A DNA stretch of 64,000 bases from an uncultured Planctomycetaceae bacterium (GTDB taxonomy: Bacteria > Planctomycetota > Planctomycetia > Planctomycetales > Planctomycetaceae), in assembly GCA_963813715.1 (NCBI GenBank), contig CAWFAK010000017.1, positions 960,001-1,024,000 of the forward strand, given 5' to 3'. Below the pieces are notes generated by a model. It made no database searches. It worked only from the letters and a program-made list of their open reading frames with translations, and was not told where the DNA came from. Below, one piece after another: positions 22,987-34,717 of the stretch. Within the stretch, counting starts at the first letter, position 1; each line of letters starts with the position of its first letter. The position numbers and the translations under genes were made by a program.

Positions 22987-24706
22987 TCAGGGCGAGCCGG
23001 CCCGGCCGGAGACCGGACCCAGGCGGTGCAGTTGGATGGCGTCGGCCTGCACCTGGTAAGTGAGCTTAGCCGGAGCGAGAACCGCCTCGAGAATCGCCGC
23101 CACGGTCGTGTTGTCGAGCGTCAGGCTGACGGGCGTCTGCAGCAAGTCGTCGAGATCGGGAATTTCTTGCCGATCTCCGCGAATCGGCGCTGCCGTCAGC
23201 TCCTCCAATACATTCAAGACCTCGCGCAGCGGCACAGGCTTGATCTGCTCGTAGTGAACCACGCGTTGCGCTAAGGTTGCGGTGAGATCGGGCTTGATGA
23301 CCGGAACGGGAACGGTCGGCTTTTTGCCCGCGGGCTGCGAAGCCGCAACCGGCGGCTGGGGCTTCCCGGGAGGGGGCGCGGGCTTCGCGTCGGCAACATT
23401 CCGCACGGGAGCGGACGGCGTCGGTGGGGTCGGCTTAGCCGCCGCCGCCAAATGTTCGGGCACGGGTGGCTGCGGCGACTGCTCGCCTGGCTCGCCGGGA
23501 ACTTTCGGATCCAAGGGAAGCCCGTCGGCCATGGCGGCCATGCGGCGGAGGATCCGTGGATCGGTCTTGGCGGAGAATTCCTGCACGCTGCCGTCGGCTT
23601 TTAGGACGAGCATGCGATCTGGCGAACCAGTCCCAATGCCGTCCGGGCCATTGATGTACGGCTCGCGAGTGAGCGCTCGCATGGTTGGAGTCCCGGAGGC
23701 GGCCCAGCTTCCCAACTCTCCCGTGACGCCCACAACCATCAGAGTGTTCGATGCTCCGTCGCGAATGTCCTGCATCCGCGTATTGCGGTTGTTGCCAAAG
23801 ATTCCGGCTCGGGGATGATTGATCGGCAGGTCAGCGGCATCCGCGCCGACGCCGCTGACTCCCGCGAAATGCGTGGCGGGGTAGTTTTCCGCACCGGTCA
23901 GCCGATCGACCGAAGGATTGAGGAATTCGGGAATCCGCTGGCGAACGAATCGCTCGTTGTGCGGGCTGCGCCAAGAATCGGTCCAGGACGGAGCGGGGTG
24001 ATCGGGCAGAAGCACCGTCGCCACCAATTCGGCCAGCCAGCTGAGTCGCTCCGGCGGCGGTAAACCATCGCGGCCCGGAGCGGCTGACGGGTAATGGCCC
24101 TTCTTCACGCGATATTCGATGATTCGCTGTCCGAGCGCCATCAAACGACCCGAAACTGTCGGCGAAGCCTCCACTTTGTTCGCGGCGGTTTGGTTTGGCG
24201 TCGCCGTCGGTCCGCACGCGTGCGCCTTCCCTTTATCTCCCGACGCCGTAGCAGGGTCAGCCTTTGCCGCTGATTCAGCGGGCTTCACGTCATCTGCCGC
24301 CGTGTGCCCACCGCGCGGCCAAAAGAAAACGCCGGCAACCAGGATGGCGACCAGGCCAGCGACTGAACCGGTCAGTATCAGGATCGAATTTCGCGAAATG
24401 CCGCTGGTCGAAGCCGGTGATTCGATCGCGTGCACGGTCTCCTCTCGCACGATCGGGGCGGGAGCAGACTTCGTGGCCGGCACGCCGGCCGGCTTACTGG
24501 GAGCGGACGATTTCGAACCCTTAGCCGTCTTCGCAGGCCGGCTTGCGGTGCGGAAGCGTGGTGGCCGTCACGTGCCCGAACTCGTCGCGCGTAATCACGA
24601 TCGGGCGTCGGCAATCGGGGCAGTTGACCGGAGCGGCCGTGATCTGGTCGTCCCGCACCTTGAGATCGGCGGAACAGTGAGGACAGCGAAACGTAATCAC
24701 GGGCAT
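22987..24706 (-). CDS. Zinc-ribbon / TM / DUF1559-like / Pro-rich linker / STN-like protein (frameshift ~24540)
   Basis: FRCPHC...CPDC in ORF 24521-24766; TM, RLSWL, DIRDGASNTLMV, ADGSV and C-terminal PLREVL...PVSLTLDNTTVAAILEAVLAPAKLTYQV in ORF 22987-24483. Confidence 0.7.
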
Positions 24707-24825
24707 AGTCAGACTCCGCTCCCGCAACGTAGGACGGCCATTTTGCGGCGGAACCGTCGTCCTCAATTGTAGTCATTGGCGATTGGAACCGCACAAGGAA
24801 AGCCGGTGGCCGCCGCCCTTTCAAC

Positions 24826-25501
24826 TCAATTCGGCAAGGCATCGGCGAACTCGGACACCGATTTCGCGAACGCCCGCGCCGCTGCCAGGTTCTGCCCGCC
24901 AACGTCCTGAAGCAGCCGTTGGATCACGGGCGAACGGTCCATCCGATTGCGAAGTCGCGGGAGATCCAGACTGGCAATCACGAGCACCAGCAGGCCGAAA
25001 AACCAGGTTCCAGCACCCAAATGGCGTGCCACAGGCGCAGTAGACATCGACATTCAACAGCCATTTAAAGCCGACGATCGCCAGCGGCGTCCAGGCCAGC
25101 GGCGAGAGGATGAGCATCCACTGCGTCGTGCGAATTCGCTGTAACCACAGAATTTCCAGACGACGCTGAATTTCGACGATCGGGGCGGCGTAATCGATGC
25201 CGGCGATCATCGCCAATTGACGCGCACCCGCAACAATGACCGCAATCAATCCGAGTTGCAGCGCAATTGCCGGAACCAGGTATCGCGGTTCGGTCACATG
25301 ATCGCCGAGGAACGAGCCGACCAGGATCGCGCCGGCCACGTTGACCAAGAGCTCGAACCACAGAAGTCGCGAGAGACGCCTCAGAGCCGTGTCGGCCTTA
25401 CCGAGCAACGACTCTCGCAGCAACCGCTGATTCAATCGCAGGCAATCGTCGAGCTTTTTGTCCTGCTCTTGCCAATGAGACTTAAGTTCATCGAGTTCCA
25501 T
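24826..25501 (-). CDS. Putative anti-sigma membrane protein (frameshift ~25030)
   Basis: MELDELKSHWQ start, about 4 TM segments, overlaps the ECF sigma stop. Confidence 0.7.
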
Positions 25502-26030
25502 GACCGACCGCCTCCCCTTCGTCGTCGGCACTCATTTCGCGGAGCTTCTGCTTGATCCGGCCGATTTTGGTGCCGACGTTTGTTTCCGAGATTCCCAGGA
25601 TTTCCGCGATCGTGTCGTGACGATTGCCGTCGAGATACAGGATGACCAAGGCGCGATCGAAGTCATTGAGCTGTCGAATAAAACTCTCGAGCAGTTGCCA
25701 GTCGGCGTCACGCGCCGCCGCTTCGGATTCGCGACTTTGGGGCGAGATCCGCAGAACCGCCTGCTCGTCGAGGGTGGTCGTGCGCGGCCGCCGCGTCTCG
25801 CGTCGATAAAACGAAATGGCGACATTGAGAGCGACGCGATACATCCACGTCGTGAAGCGGCTCCGCGGATCGTACCGGCCGAATGACCGCCACAACTGCA
25901 GCACCATCTCCTGAATCAGGTCCTCGCGATCCGAAGTCTGGCGACAATACGAATTGGCGATTTTGAACAGGATTTTTTTGTGTTCGTCGAGCAGGATAAT
26001 GAACTGGTCTTGGCCCGCTCGTTTCGACAT
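25488..26030 (-). CDS. ECF-type RNA polymerase sigma-70 factor (ECF22-like)
   Basis: DREDLIQEMVLQLW, FTTWMYRVALNVAIS and IAEILGISETNVGTKIGRIK. Confidence 0.92.
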   Translation of the reverse strand: MSKRAGQDQFIILLDEHKKILFKIANSYCRQTSDREDLIQEMVLQLWRSFGRYDPRSRFTTWMYRVALNVAISFYRRETRRPRTTTLDEQAVLRISPQSRESEAAARDADWQLLESFIRQLNDFDRALVILYLDGNRHDTIAEILGISETNVGTKIGRIKQKLREMSADDEGEAVGHGTR

Positions 26031-26078
26031 CGCCGCCCGCATCGTCCAAACAGTTGGTTTGACTCAATCCACCTTATG

Positions 26079-26105
26079 ATTCGCCCGGCCCAGACGAAAA
26101 TCACA
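26079..26105 (-). promoter_or_regulatory. Candidate ECF autoregulatory promoter
   Basis: TGTGAT (26105-26100), 16 bp, CGAAT (26083-26079), about 50 bp upstream of the sigma start. Confidence 0.45.
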
Positions 26106-26221
26106 GCTCGCCCGAAACAATTGCTGAAATGCGGCCGGAAGTTGCAACGGCTTCGACTGTTTAGCGGCCGCCGACGAGCGGAAGTCGGACGTCGGCTACG
26201 ACGAGTGGCGAACGCGCAACC

Positions 26222-27990
26222 TCAGTTGCCGAGAGTCATCGGCGTTTTCTTCTGGGCCGCCGCGGCTTCGGCGGTGGTGACGGTAATCGTGCGACGGGCT
26301 TCGTCACCGACGAGCGCCAACTTCGGGTAAGCCTTCAGAATTCTCTGCAGTGACTGGCTGGCGGGAGCCGCTTTGATTTGAAACGTTTGGGGCATGTTCT
26401 TCGTGTATCCGGCGAGCTTGAATGCGCCGCCGTCGAGCTCGAAGGTCACGCCGATGTCGCCGCCGATGGAATCGAACGCGTCCGAAAGCGGCGTCCGCTT
26501 AAAGTCGACGTCGATGACCGTTTGCAATCGGCCTGCCAGAGTCTTCGGCCCCTCGCGTTTGGGAGCGACGGGAGCGGCCGGTGCACGGCTCAGCTCCGTG
26601 GGGCCTTCGGTGAGCAGCAGGTAAGTTGCCAGCGATGAGATTGGGGGCAGCCCGCTCGGGCAGAACCGATTCCAGCGTCACCAGCCGCGGATCGGAGCTG
26701 ACTGCCGAGCCCAGCGCGACGGCTTTGTACATCGCCGGCAAGCGACCGATGATCTTGCGCGAGCCGGGTCCGCTCGGCTGCAGGCGTTCGACGTATTTGA
26801 ACAAGTCCGTTGGCAAGCGATCGAGTCGTTCTTTCAGTGTCTCCGCCAGTCGCGGGACCGCGGACGACCGGACGCGTCCGCGCCGTCAGCCGGACGCGCA
26901 AAGGATCGTCGAGCCGCACGCTGAAAACGGCTCCTTCGACCGCCTCGGGATCGAGCCAGCTGGCCAATTGGTGCAAGTCGTCCGACCACTGCGGCGACAG
27001 CAACGTCGTGCGGAAACGATCGAGATCGTCGGGACGGAAGACAACGGTGAGATCGCGGCTGCGATCGGTCTGCTTTAGCAATTCTTCGATGCTGGCATCG
27101 GTGGGATTGGGCTGATCGCGAGCTTCCGCCATCTCCTGCGCGAACTCGGCCGGGCCGACGGCGAACGTTTTCTCGTCCCGGACGACCAGAGCCCGGTCGC
27201 CCTTCAGAAAGATGGGTAGCGACCCCTTCGAAGAGGGAGTGCCGCCGAAACGATTTTCGACTTCCGAGCGTCCGGCCGGGCGCTCCAATCGGACCAGAAC
27301 GGCGACGTCGGGAGGCTCGCCCGGTGATCGCAGCGTGAAAGAGAATGCAGCCTCTTCAATTTGGGTCGGCGGGTAGAGGCACCAGTTTTCGATTTGATCG
27401 CGGCCCCATTCAGCCAACGCGGGGATGCAGAGACGCAGCTCACTCGCTCTCCAGGTTGCCGCCTGCTTGTTGCCTCGCTCCGCCGCGTCCGAATTCATCG
27501 TCGTCCACAAGCGTGAGGGTCGCAGATGAATCACAATGCGGGCGCCGGCCGGAGCCAGCAGGAGCTCGATCGGCTTGCGCTGGGACGGCGCTGTCGAGGC
27601 TCGAGACCCTTCGCGAGGGTCGTGGCTGCGCGCAGCCGTGACGTCAGTTGCGTTGGTCCTGTCGAGGCGCCGCTCATAGCGGTCCCAAACAAAGAGAATT
27701 CCGACGCAGGCCAGGGCCGCGACGAAACCGGCCGGACCGAAGAGCCGCAACGGAGTTCGCTTGGCTCGCTTGGGCCGAATTATTGCCGGCGCACTGAGCA
27801 GGTCTTCGGGCGAGAACTTCGTCGGGGACGCGCTGGCCGGCTTTGCCGGCTGGGCCGCCGCCGTTTCTTGCGAGGGTTGCAGGCTGAAGGGCTGACGACA
27901 ATGGGGACAGAGGTAGCGCTGCCCGGCTTGCCGGTTGCGAATGGCGAAGGCTTTCCCGCAGCGCGGGCAGGCGAGCGTGAGGTCAGCCAT
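26222..27990 (-). CDS. Zinc-ribbon / TM / periplasmic domain / STN-like protein (frameshifts ~26850 and ~26620)
   Basis: LACPRCGK...CPHC, TM, LAPAGARIVIHLRP; reconstructed from ORFs 26590-27990, 26499-26816 and 26222-26527 (IDVDFKRTPLSDAFDSIG...NMPQT). Confidence 0.65.
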
Positions 27991-28028
27991 TGTGGAAGGG
28001 TGCCGTCACGCGGAAAGGAGGCAAAGAG

Positions 28029-28937
28029 TCATTTATCGGTGAGCCAGTGAACCATCGTCTTGGTGACGACCGGCGCCGCATCCTGCTGCACGAAATGTCC
28101 GGCATGCGGAATGGTGACCAGGGTGAGCTGATTATCGATCCAGTTCCACGTGTCGTTGAGCGCTCCGGGCAAGAGGGCCGTGTCATTCAACCCGTGAATC
28201 ATCAGGACCGGGCACTTTACCTTGGGAAGACCCGTGAGCGGCTGGTACGGCTCGCGCGGGTAGTTGGCCTTGTAGTAGTTGAGCATCCCTTCCATCGACG
28301 ATCGCTTGAACGCTTCCAGATATTTTGCGCGTGCTTCCGGATCCGTGATCCAGAAGGTCAACATGCCGGGGGCCATGTGCTTGGCCGCGTCGGGTTTCTG
28401 GAAGTTGCGGGCGTATTGGCTGGCCTTCTGCTGAGCGGGATTATGAGCCAGTTCCCGCGACAGCCCCTGCGGGTGCGGCAAATTGAGAATGATCAGACGA
28501 TCGACTTTGTCGGGAAATCGCATGGCGTACGTCCAGGCCACCATACCGCCCCAATCGTGGCCGACGATGATCGCCTTGGGCGCCTTGAAATGCTCGACGA
28601 CCGCGTTCAAATCGCCGACCAGCTTTTCGAGCTTGTAGTTGTCGACCCCCTCGGGCTTGTCGCTGAGGTTGTAGCCGCGCTGGTCGATCGCTACGACTTG
28701 AAAATGCTTGGCCAACTCGGGCATCTGCGCCCGCCACGTGTACCAGAAATCGGGAAATCCGTGGACCAGGATGCAGGGCTCGCCGCTGCCCATCGTGACG
28801 TAGTGAATCTTGACTCCGTTCGAATCGACGTAGCCGTCCTCACCCAATTCCGCGGCAATCATTGGTTGTCTTCCGGCGACCAGGACGATCAGAGCAAGCG
28901 AACCACAGAAAGAAATCAATCGCAGACTGCGAATCAC
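28029..28937 (-). CDS. Secreted alpha/beta hydrolase (epoxide hydrolase-like)
   Basis: [24 protein letters not shown] and [11 protein letters not shown] after GAGGA. Confidence 0.9.
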   Translation of the reverse strand: MIRSLRLISFCGSLALIVLVAGRQPMIAAELGEDGYVDSNGVKIHYVTMGSGEPCILVHGFPDFWYTWRAQMPELAKHFQVVAIDQRGYNLSDKPEGVDNYKLEKLVGDLNAVVEHFKAPKAIIVGHDWGGMVAWTYAMRFPDKVDRLIILNLPHPQGLSRELAHNPAQQKASQYARNFQKPDAAKHMAPGMLTFWITDPEARAKYLEAFKRSSMEGMLNYYKANYPREPYQPLTGLPKVKCPVLMIHGLNDTALLPGALNDTWNWIDNQLTLVTIPHAGHFVQQDAAPVVTKTMVHWLTDK

Positions 28938-29057
28938 GGGGTGTCCTCGAAATTCAATCTTGCCGACGACGCTGTACTCCTGTTGCAGCATAACGCAGAG
29001 CGCGCCGCGAAGCATCTGTCGCGGAATCCCGTCGCTTAAGGCGCTCTCCATTCGCGA

Positions 29058-29576
29058 TTAGCTCGAAGCCTGCCAGTTCGCGCGAGTTTTGGCCAAGACC
29101 TCGGCACTCCGGGCACCCAGGGCGGTCAGACGAAACTCGCGAGTCGTTGCCCCAGTGACTTCGATTTCGATCTGCAGTCGGTCGGCCGGCAAGACCTCGT
29201 TCACGCGGTCGGCCCACTCGATCAGGCAGACTCCCCCGGCGTCGAACATCTCATCGACGCCCAGGTCCAAGAACTCACTGACGGTGCGCAGCCGATACGT
29301 GTCACAGTGAAAAATCGGCAACGGCGCAGCGTATTCCTGGACGAGGACAAAGGTCGGGCTGTTCACCGTGCGCCGATCAACGCCCAGCGTGGTCGCGATC
29401 GATTGCACAAGTCGCGTTTTGCCGGCCCCCAACGGTCCGATCAGCGCGACCACTCCTCCGCCGCCAAGCGCCGCACCCAGCGCGCGACCGAGGCCTTCGG
29501 TGTCGGCCTCGTCGCGTGCCGAAAACAGCCACGGCTCGTCCCGCTGCGTCGACGGACCAGCAACATCCGCGGCCAT
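29058..29576 (-). CDS. tsaE: tRNA threonylcarbamoyladenosine biosynthesis ATPase
   Basis: GPLGAGKT, VNSPTFVLVQEY, HCDTYRL and LIEWADR. Confidence 0.95.
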   Translation of the reverse strand: MAADVAGPSTQRDEPWLFSARDEADTEGLGRALGAALGGGGVVALIGPLGAGKTRLVQSIATTLGVDRRTVNSPTFVLVQEYAAPLPIFHCDTYRLRTVSEFLDLGVDEMFDAGGVCLIEWADRVNEVLPADRLQIEIEVTGATTREFRLTALGARSAEVLAKTRANWQASS

Positions 29577-29588
29577 ACCGACCAATGC

Positions 29589-30924
29589 TCAAACGGTCTT
29601 GGTGACGCCGGGAATCGCGACGGGATAGCTGCCGTCGGGGAACGGCATCACGCGGGGTTCCGCGTCCCAGGCGAAGCGCTCCGGAGCGAGCAAAATCTCG
29701 GAGTTGAGTGCCGCCTCCCAAGCGACCGGCTTGCCCGAGTAGGTTGCCATCCGGCCCATGATGGCCGTCAACGTGCTGTGCGCGCCGTTTTCGACCTCGT
29801 TGTACGGATGGTTGTCACGAATCGCGGCTCCCATGTCCGCATGCTCGATGCGATAGGGGAAATCACGCCGGCCATGCGGATCGAAACGCCATTCGTGCGA
29901 GCCCGACTTGATCTTGCTGCCGCTGCCGTCGGCGATGTCGAACGTGCCCTTGGTCCCGATCGCGTGCTCGGAGACCGAATTCCAGTTGCTCGGCATTTGG
30001 CGGCACTGGCTGAACATCCGCGCGCCGTCGGCGTATTCGTATTCGACGGCGTGATGATCGAAGATTTCCCCATACTTCTTGTCGGTCCGCACCTGGCGGC
30101 CACCCATTCCCCAGCAGCGGACGGGATGGTCCTTCTTGATCCAGTTGCCGACGTCGAGATTGTGGATGTGCTGCTCGACGATGTGATCCCCGCAGAGCCA
30201 GACGTAGTAGTACCAGTTGCGCAACTGATACTCCATTTCCCCTTTGCACTGTTCGCGGGACTTCCGGGGATCCCAGGGGGTGGTGCCGTTCCAATAAACC
30301 CGCAGCGCGGTGACGTCGCCGATCTCGCCGTTGTGGATCCGCTCGAGCGATTCGAGATACATCGGCTGGTGGTGCCGCTGCAGTCCGACGCCGACCTTCA
30401 AGTTCTTCTGCTTGGCGATTTCGTTGGCGGCGAGCACGCGGCGGATCCCGGGGCCGTCGACGGCGACGGGTTTCTCCATGAAGATGTTCTTGCCCGCTTT
30501 GACCGCCGCCTCGAAGTGATAGGGACGAAAGCCCGGCGGCGTCGCCAAAATCACAAGATCGATGTCACTGCCGAGCACTTTTTCGTAGGCATCGAAGCCG
30601 GAAAATCGATGCGCCTCATCCACGGCGACGCGGCCTGCTTCGGAGCCAAAGGCCGACTGCAGACCGGCCAGTCCCGCTTGGAGACGGTCGTCGAAGATTT
30701 CGCCCACGGCCACCAACTTGGTCGCCGGGTTGGCACGTAAACAGTCGCCGACGGCGCCGCAGCCACGTCCGCCCGCTCCGACCAGGCCCACGCGAACCGT
30801 GTCCTCACCCTTTGCGAAGGCGCGCGGCGAAAGCGCCGCCCAACAAGCCGGCACCGACAGCAACGGTGGTCGACTGCTTCATGAAATCACGGCGCGACGT
30901 GGGTTCATTCTGGGGACGCTGCAT
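29589..30924 (-). CDS. Tat-exported Gfo/Idh/MocA oxidoreductase (frameshift ~30865)
   Basis: MQRPQNEPTSRRDFMK twin-arginine start; VGAGGRG, LATPPGFRP, MEKPVAVD and CGDHIVEQHIHNLD. Confidence 0.9.
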
Positions 30925-31074
30925 GGCACGACCTTTCGGGTAGGACGATCAGAAAGTGCAGATTTCCTGCGGCGAGCGGCGGATCAACCCGCCGATTCAC
31001 GAGCAACGACTCGGGCAATGAAACAGGCAAAGCCGCTCACTTCGTCTGCGGCCGACCTTGCCCAGGACAGCCCA

Positions 31075-32159
31075 TCACTCTTTTATCAAATCCTTCGGCG
31101 CGGGTTCTAGGTTCAGCCGATCGCGCTCCGCCTGATCGGGAACGCGAAGCGGACGAATCACGCGAAAACCGACGAAGCGGGCGTCGGTGAGGTACCAGAT
31201 GCTCTGCGGAATTTGCGGATCCTGAATTTTCCAATCGGGGATCGAAAACTCGCGGGCCGCACAGCGGGCCTTGGCGGCGTCCTGGTCCCACGATCCACCG
31301 CGAACAATGCGGCCATAGACTTTCTTCGGCGCGGCCAGCGGTTCGAGAATCGGCTGCTGCATCTTCGACAGTTTGCTGTAAAAGTCCGGCTCGTACTGGT
31401 CGAGCACCCACTCGGCGACGTTGCCATGAATGTCGTAAAGGCCCCACGGATTCGGCTTTTTCTTGCCGATTTTGTGGTAGTGCTCGCCCGAATTCTTGTC
31501 GTACCAGGCGTACTCCCCGAGTTTGGCTGGATCGTTCCCGAAGAAATACGCGCGTCTTGCTTCCCGCGCGACAGGCATATTCCCATTCCGCTTCGGTCGG
31601 GAGACGATAAAAGCGACCCGGTCTTTTCACTGAGCCATTTGCAGTACATCTTCGCCGCGAGCTGCGTCATGCAGATGGCCGGAAAGCCGTCATGCCCCAT
31701 GTCGAACGTCATGTCCGTGTAAGGCTTGGTCGGCCGGGTGACCGCATCCGCGACAACGTCGTGCGGACCGGGCTTCTGACGCGTGAGCTTGCGACGCTGA
31801 ATGTCGAGGGCGTAGGTCCACAGATCGTATTCGTCCCAGGTGACTTCACACTTGCCCATCCAAAAGGGCTCGATTTTGACGCCGTGCTGCGGCTCTTCGT
31901 CGGGCTTGTGCCCCTTTTCCCCCGGCGGACTGCCCATCACAAATTGGCCGCCCGGAATCGGCACCATGTCGAAGTCGACGTCCGTCCCGGCAATCTTTTG
32001 CGTGTAGCGCTTCATCTCCTTGGGAATGAGCGCGTCCCCGGGGTCGGCGGGCGGTTCGACAGCCTGAAGCGGTGCGGCCCAGCAAATCAGCAACGCCACG
32101 GTGGCCGCGAGAATCACTCGGACTTGCCCCAGACGAAGGCTGGGCACTAACTTCGACAT
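31075..32159 (-). CDS. Secreted FGE-sulfatase-domain protein lacking the catalytic Cys pair (frameshifts ~31620 and ~31550)
   Basis: [57 protein letters not shown] and VGFRVIRP across three frames. Confidence 0.85.
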
Positions 32160-32250
32160 AGCGAAACGACTTTCACAGAGACAATTGAACAAGGGCGGTC
32201 GAACTCGTTCGGACGGTTGAACAGAGTCGAGACCACCAATTCGGACAAAC

Positions 32251-33325
32251 ATGAATACCACGGCGGCCATCATGCTGCTGGCGGGAGCCGTCATTCCGGC
32301 GGGGTCGGCGGCTGGCGGGTTGGAGCGCTTGGAGTTCCGGCAAATCCTGATGGGGGTGCCGGTTCAGATCTCAGTATATGCCGCTGATAAACAGGCCGCA
32401 AACGCCGCCGTCCACGCAGCCTTCGACCGAATTCGCCAGCTCAATTTGATCTTCAGCGACTACGACGAAGACAGCGAAATTTCGCAGCTGACCCGTCGCG
32501 CTCTGCCGGGAAAACTGGTTTCGATTAGCCCGGAGCTGGCCAAGGTCCTCGATGCTTCGCTCCAGATCTCTCGGCAGTCGGGCGGAGCTTTCGACGTTAG
32601 CGTCGGACCCGCTCGTCAAGTTGTGGCGGGCATCGCGGCGCTCGAAGCGGCTACCGACGGCTGAGGAACTCGCTGCCGCCAGAAAACGCGTCGGCTACGC
32701 GAGCATTCATCTCGACGTCGGCCGTCGCACGGTGACGTTCGACAAAACGGGCATGCAGCTCGATTTCGGCGGCATCGTGAAAGGCTATGCCGCGGATGAA
32801 GCGCGGGCCGTGTTGCGAGCGCACGGATTCAGTCAGGCACTGGTGGCGCTGTCAGGCGATATTTCCGTGGGCGACCCGCCACCCGGAGAATCGGGATGGA
32901 AAATCGGAGTCGGAGGACTCGAGCCGCCTGACGCTCAGCCGAGGGAATTCATCTCGTTAGCGAATCGAGCCGTTTCGACTGCCGGCGATGCCTACCAATT
33001 CGTCGAGATCGGCGGCAAGCACTACTCGCACCTGGTCGATCCGCACACCGGCTTGGGGATTACGCGGCGCGTGAGCGTCACCGTGATTGCCCCCACGGGG
33101 CTCTTGTCGGACGGGCTCGACTCAACCGCCGCGATTCTGGGACCGGAGCGAGGACGTCGACTGCTGGAATCAGTTTCCGGCGTGAGCCCGCTATGCCGAG
33201 CTGACGCCGGAGGGCCCCAAGACTTTCGACGTGGGGCAATTCTCGCAGTATCTCGTGCGGCCGGCCAGAACCGAAAAACGACCCTGAGCGGCGCGGCGAA
33301 CGCTACTTCGCGGGCAACCGACTAG
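32251..33325 (+). CDS. apbE: FAD:protein FMN transferase (frameshift ~32610; 3' end uncertain)
   Basis: [39 protein letters not shown] and SVTVIA..DGLDST. Confidence 0.9.
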
Positions 33326-34531
33326 CTCGAACGACGTCGCGTGCTGCGACCGGACGAATCGGCGGTGGCCCGCTCCGTCGTCTCGACATGCACCGTGCCG
33401 AAGACCTGGTACATCGTGGTAAGCGGGACGTGGAAAATCCCGTGCTCGGCCGCGAAGCCGTTCTCGCGTCCTTCCGACCCTTTGGGGTGGAAGGTCTGAC
33501 CCCAAGGGTTCCAAACCGTGACGCTGTCCTCCTTCGCATCGAAGGCCGTAATCGCGTACGCGTGGTGGTAGCCGAGGCCCGGAACCTTGGGCCGGTCGGT
33601 GGTGGTGCGCGCCCATCTCCAAGCCGACCATCCGGCCGTGAGCCAGCGTGACCGACAGGTCGTGACGCAATTCTTGCAGACGGGCGGACGCCTGTTTCGG
33701 CTCGCGCAGTTTGATCACTTTCGCCTTGTGGCCGGAGTACAACGTCATCACCGCGGCCGTGCTGCCGCCGAAGGCCATTGCGTCGGTCGGCTCAGCGGTG
33801 CGCTTTGCGGGATCTTTGGAGATCTTTCGCAGCCGTTCCCCGATCGCTTTTTCCAGGACACAGAGCCAGATTCCGTCTGACAGGCTGCTCGACGAATTGT
33901 TGATGAGCAGCTCGGCCTCCGTGGGAGCGGAGACCGGGAAGGTTTCACCATCCAGGAATTGGACCGTGTAATTTCCGTTGGGGCCTGACTGGATCATGTG
34001 CCGAATTTTGTTCGGATGCTTCAAGGCCAGGTAGCCCGTCATGCAGAAGAAGTAGCAGTCGCCGATCGGACCCTGCTTCATCACGGAGAAGTCCGGCCCT
34101 TCGCCGGCATACAGCTTGGGAACCAGAGTTTGCAGCGTCTTGCGATAACGCCGGAACTGCGTCTCAGAGTGGAACGGTTTCGGAGGGCCCTTAGCCGGAT
34201 CGATGGCGGCACCGTCATCCGTCAGCGAGTCCAAGCCGTCCACGTCCTGCGACGTGAGTGTGAAGCCCTTGCGAATGGAGGCGGGCGTGCGGCGCTCGCG
34301 GAGTTTCAGCACTGCCAGGGCCGCGGCCGCGTCGCCGTGAATCGACCGCTTGGTCATCAGTGTGTCGATTTCGCGCGCTTCGAGCTTGCCGTCGTGATCG
34401 AGGTCCCAGGCCTCGAAATGGTCGTGCACCACGTCGGCGAATTGCGGCGAAGACGGCGACGGCGGCGTTTTCGCCTGCGCAACCGCGACAGTGACCGCAA
34501 GCACTAAAGACGGTACGAGCGCAAATCTCAT
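33322..34531 (-). CDS. Secreted EF-hand + calpain-like (peptidase C2) cysteine protease (frameshift ~33600)
   Basis: Signal peptide; DLDHDGKLEARE; QGPIGDCYFF and W..VLEKA; second frame has HAYAIT and VWNPWG, stop at 33324-33322. Confidence 0.8.
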
Positions 34532-34717
34532 GGCATCATCCGGCTGTTGCGATTTCACCGCGTGTCGGACGATCCGACTAACTTCTGATCATCGTACGTT
34601 GGGCGGCGAGAATTCGCTGCGCATCAATTCAAGTTTTTAACTCTGGCAAGCAGCGTTCTTGCCAGCAGACGTTTAAACGGTGCGCACGGATCATTTTTCG
34701 CATGACTCTGCGCATTC

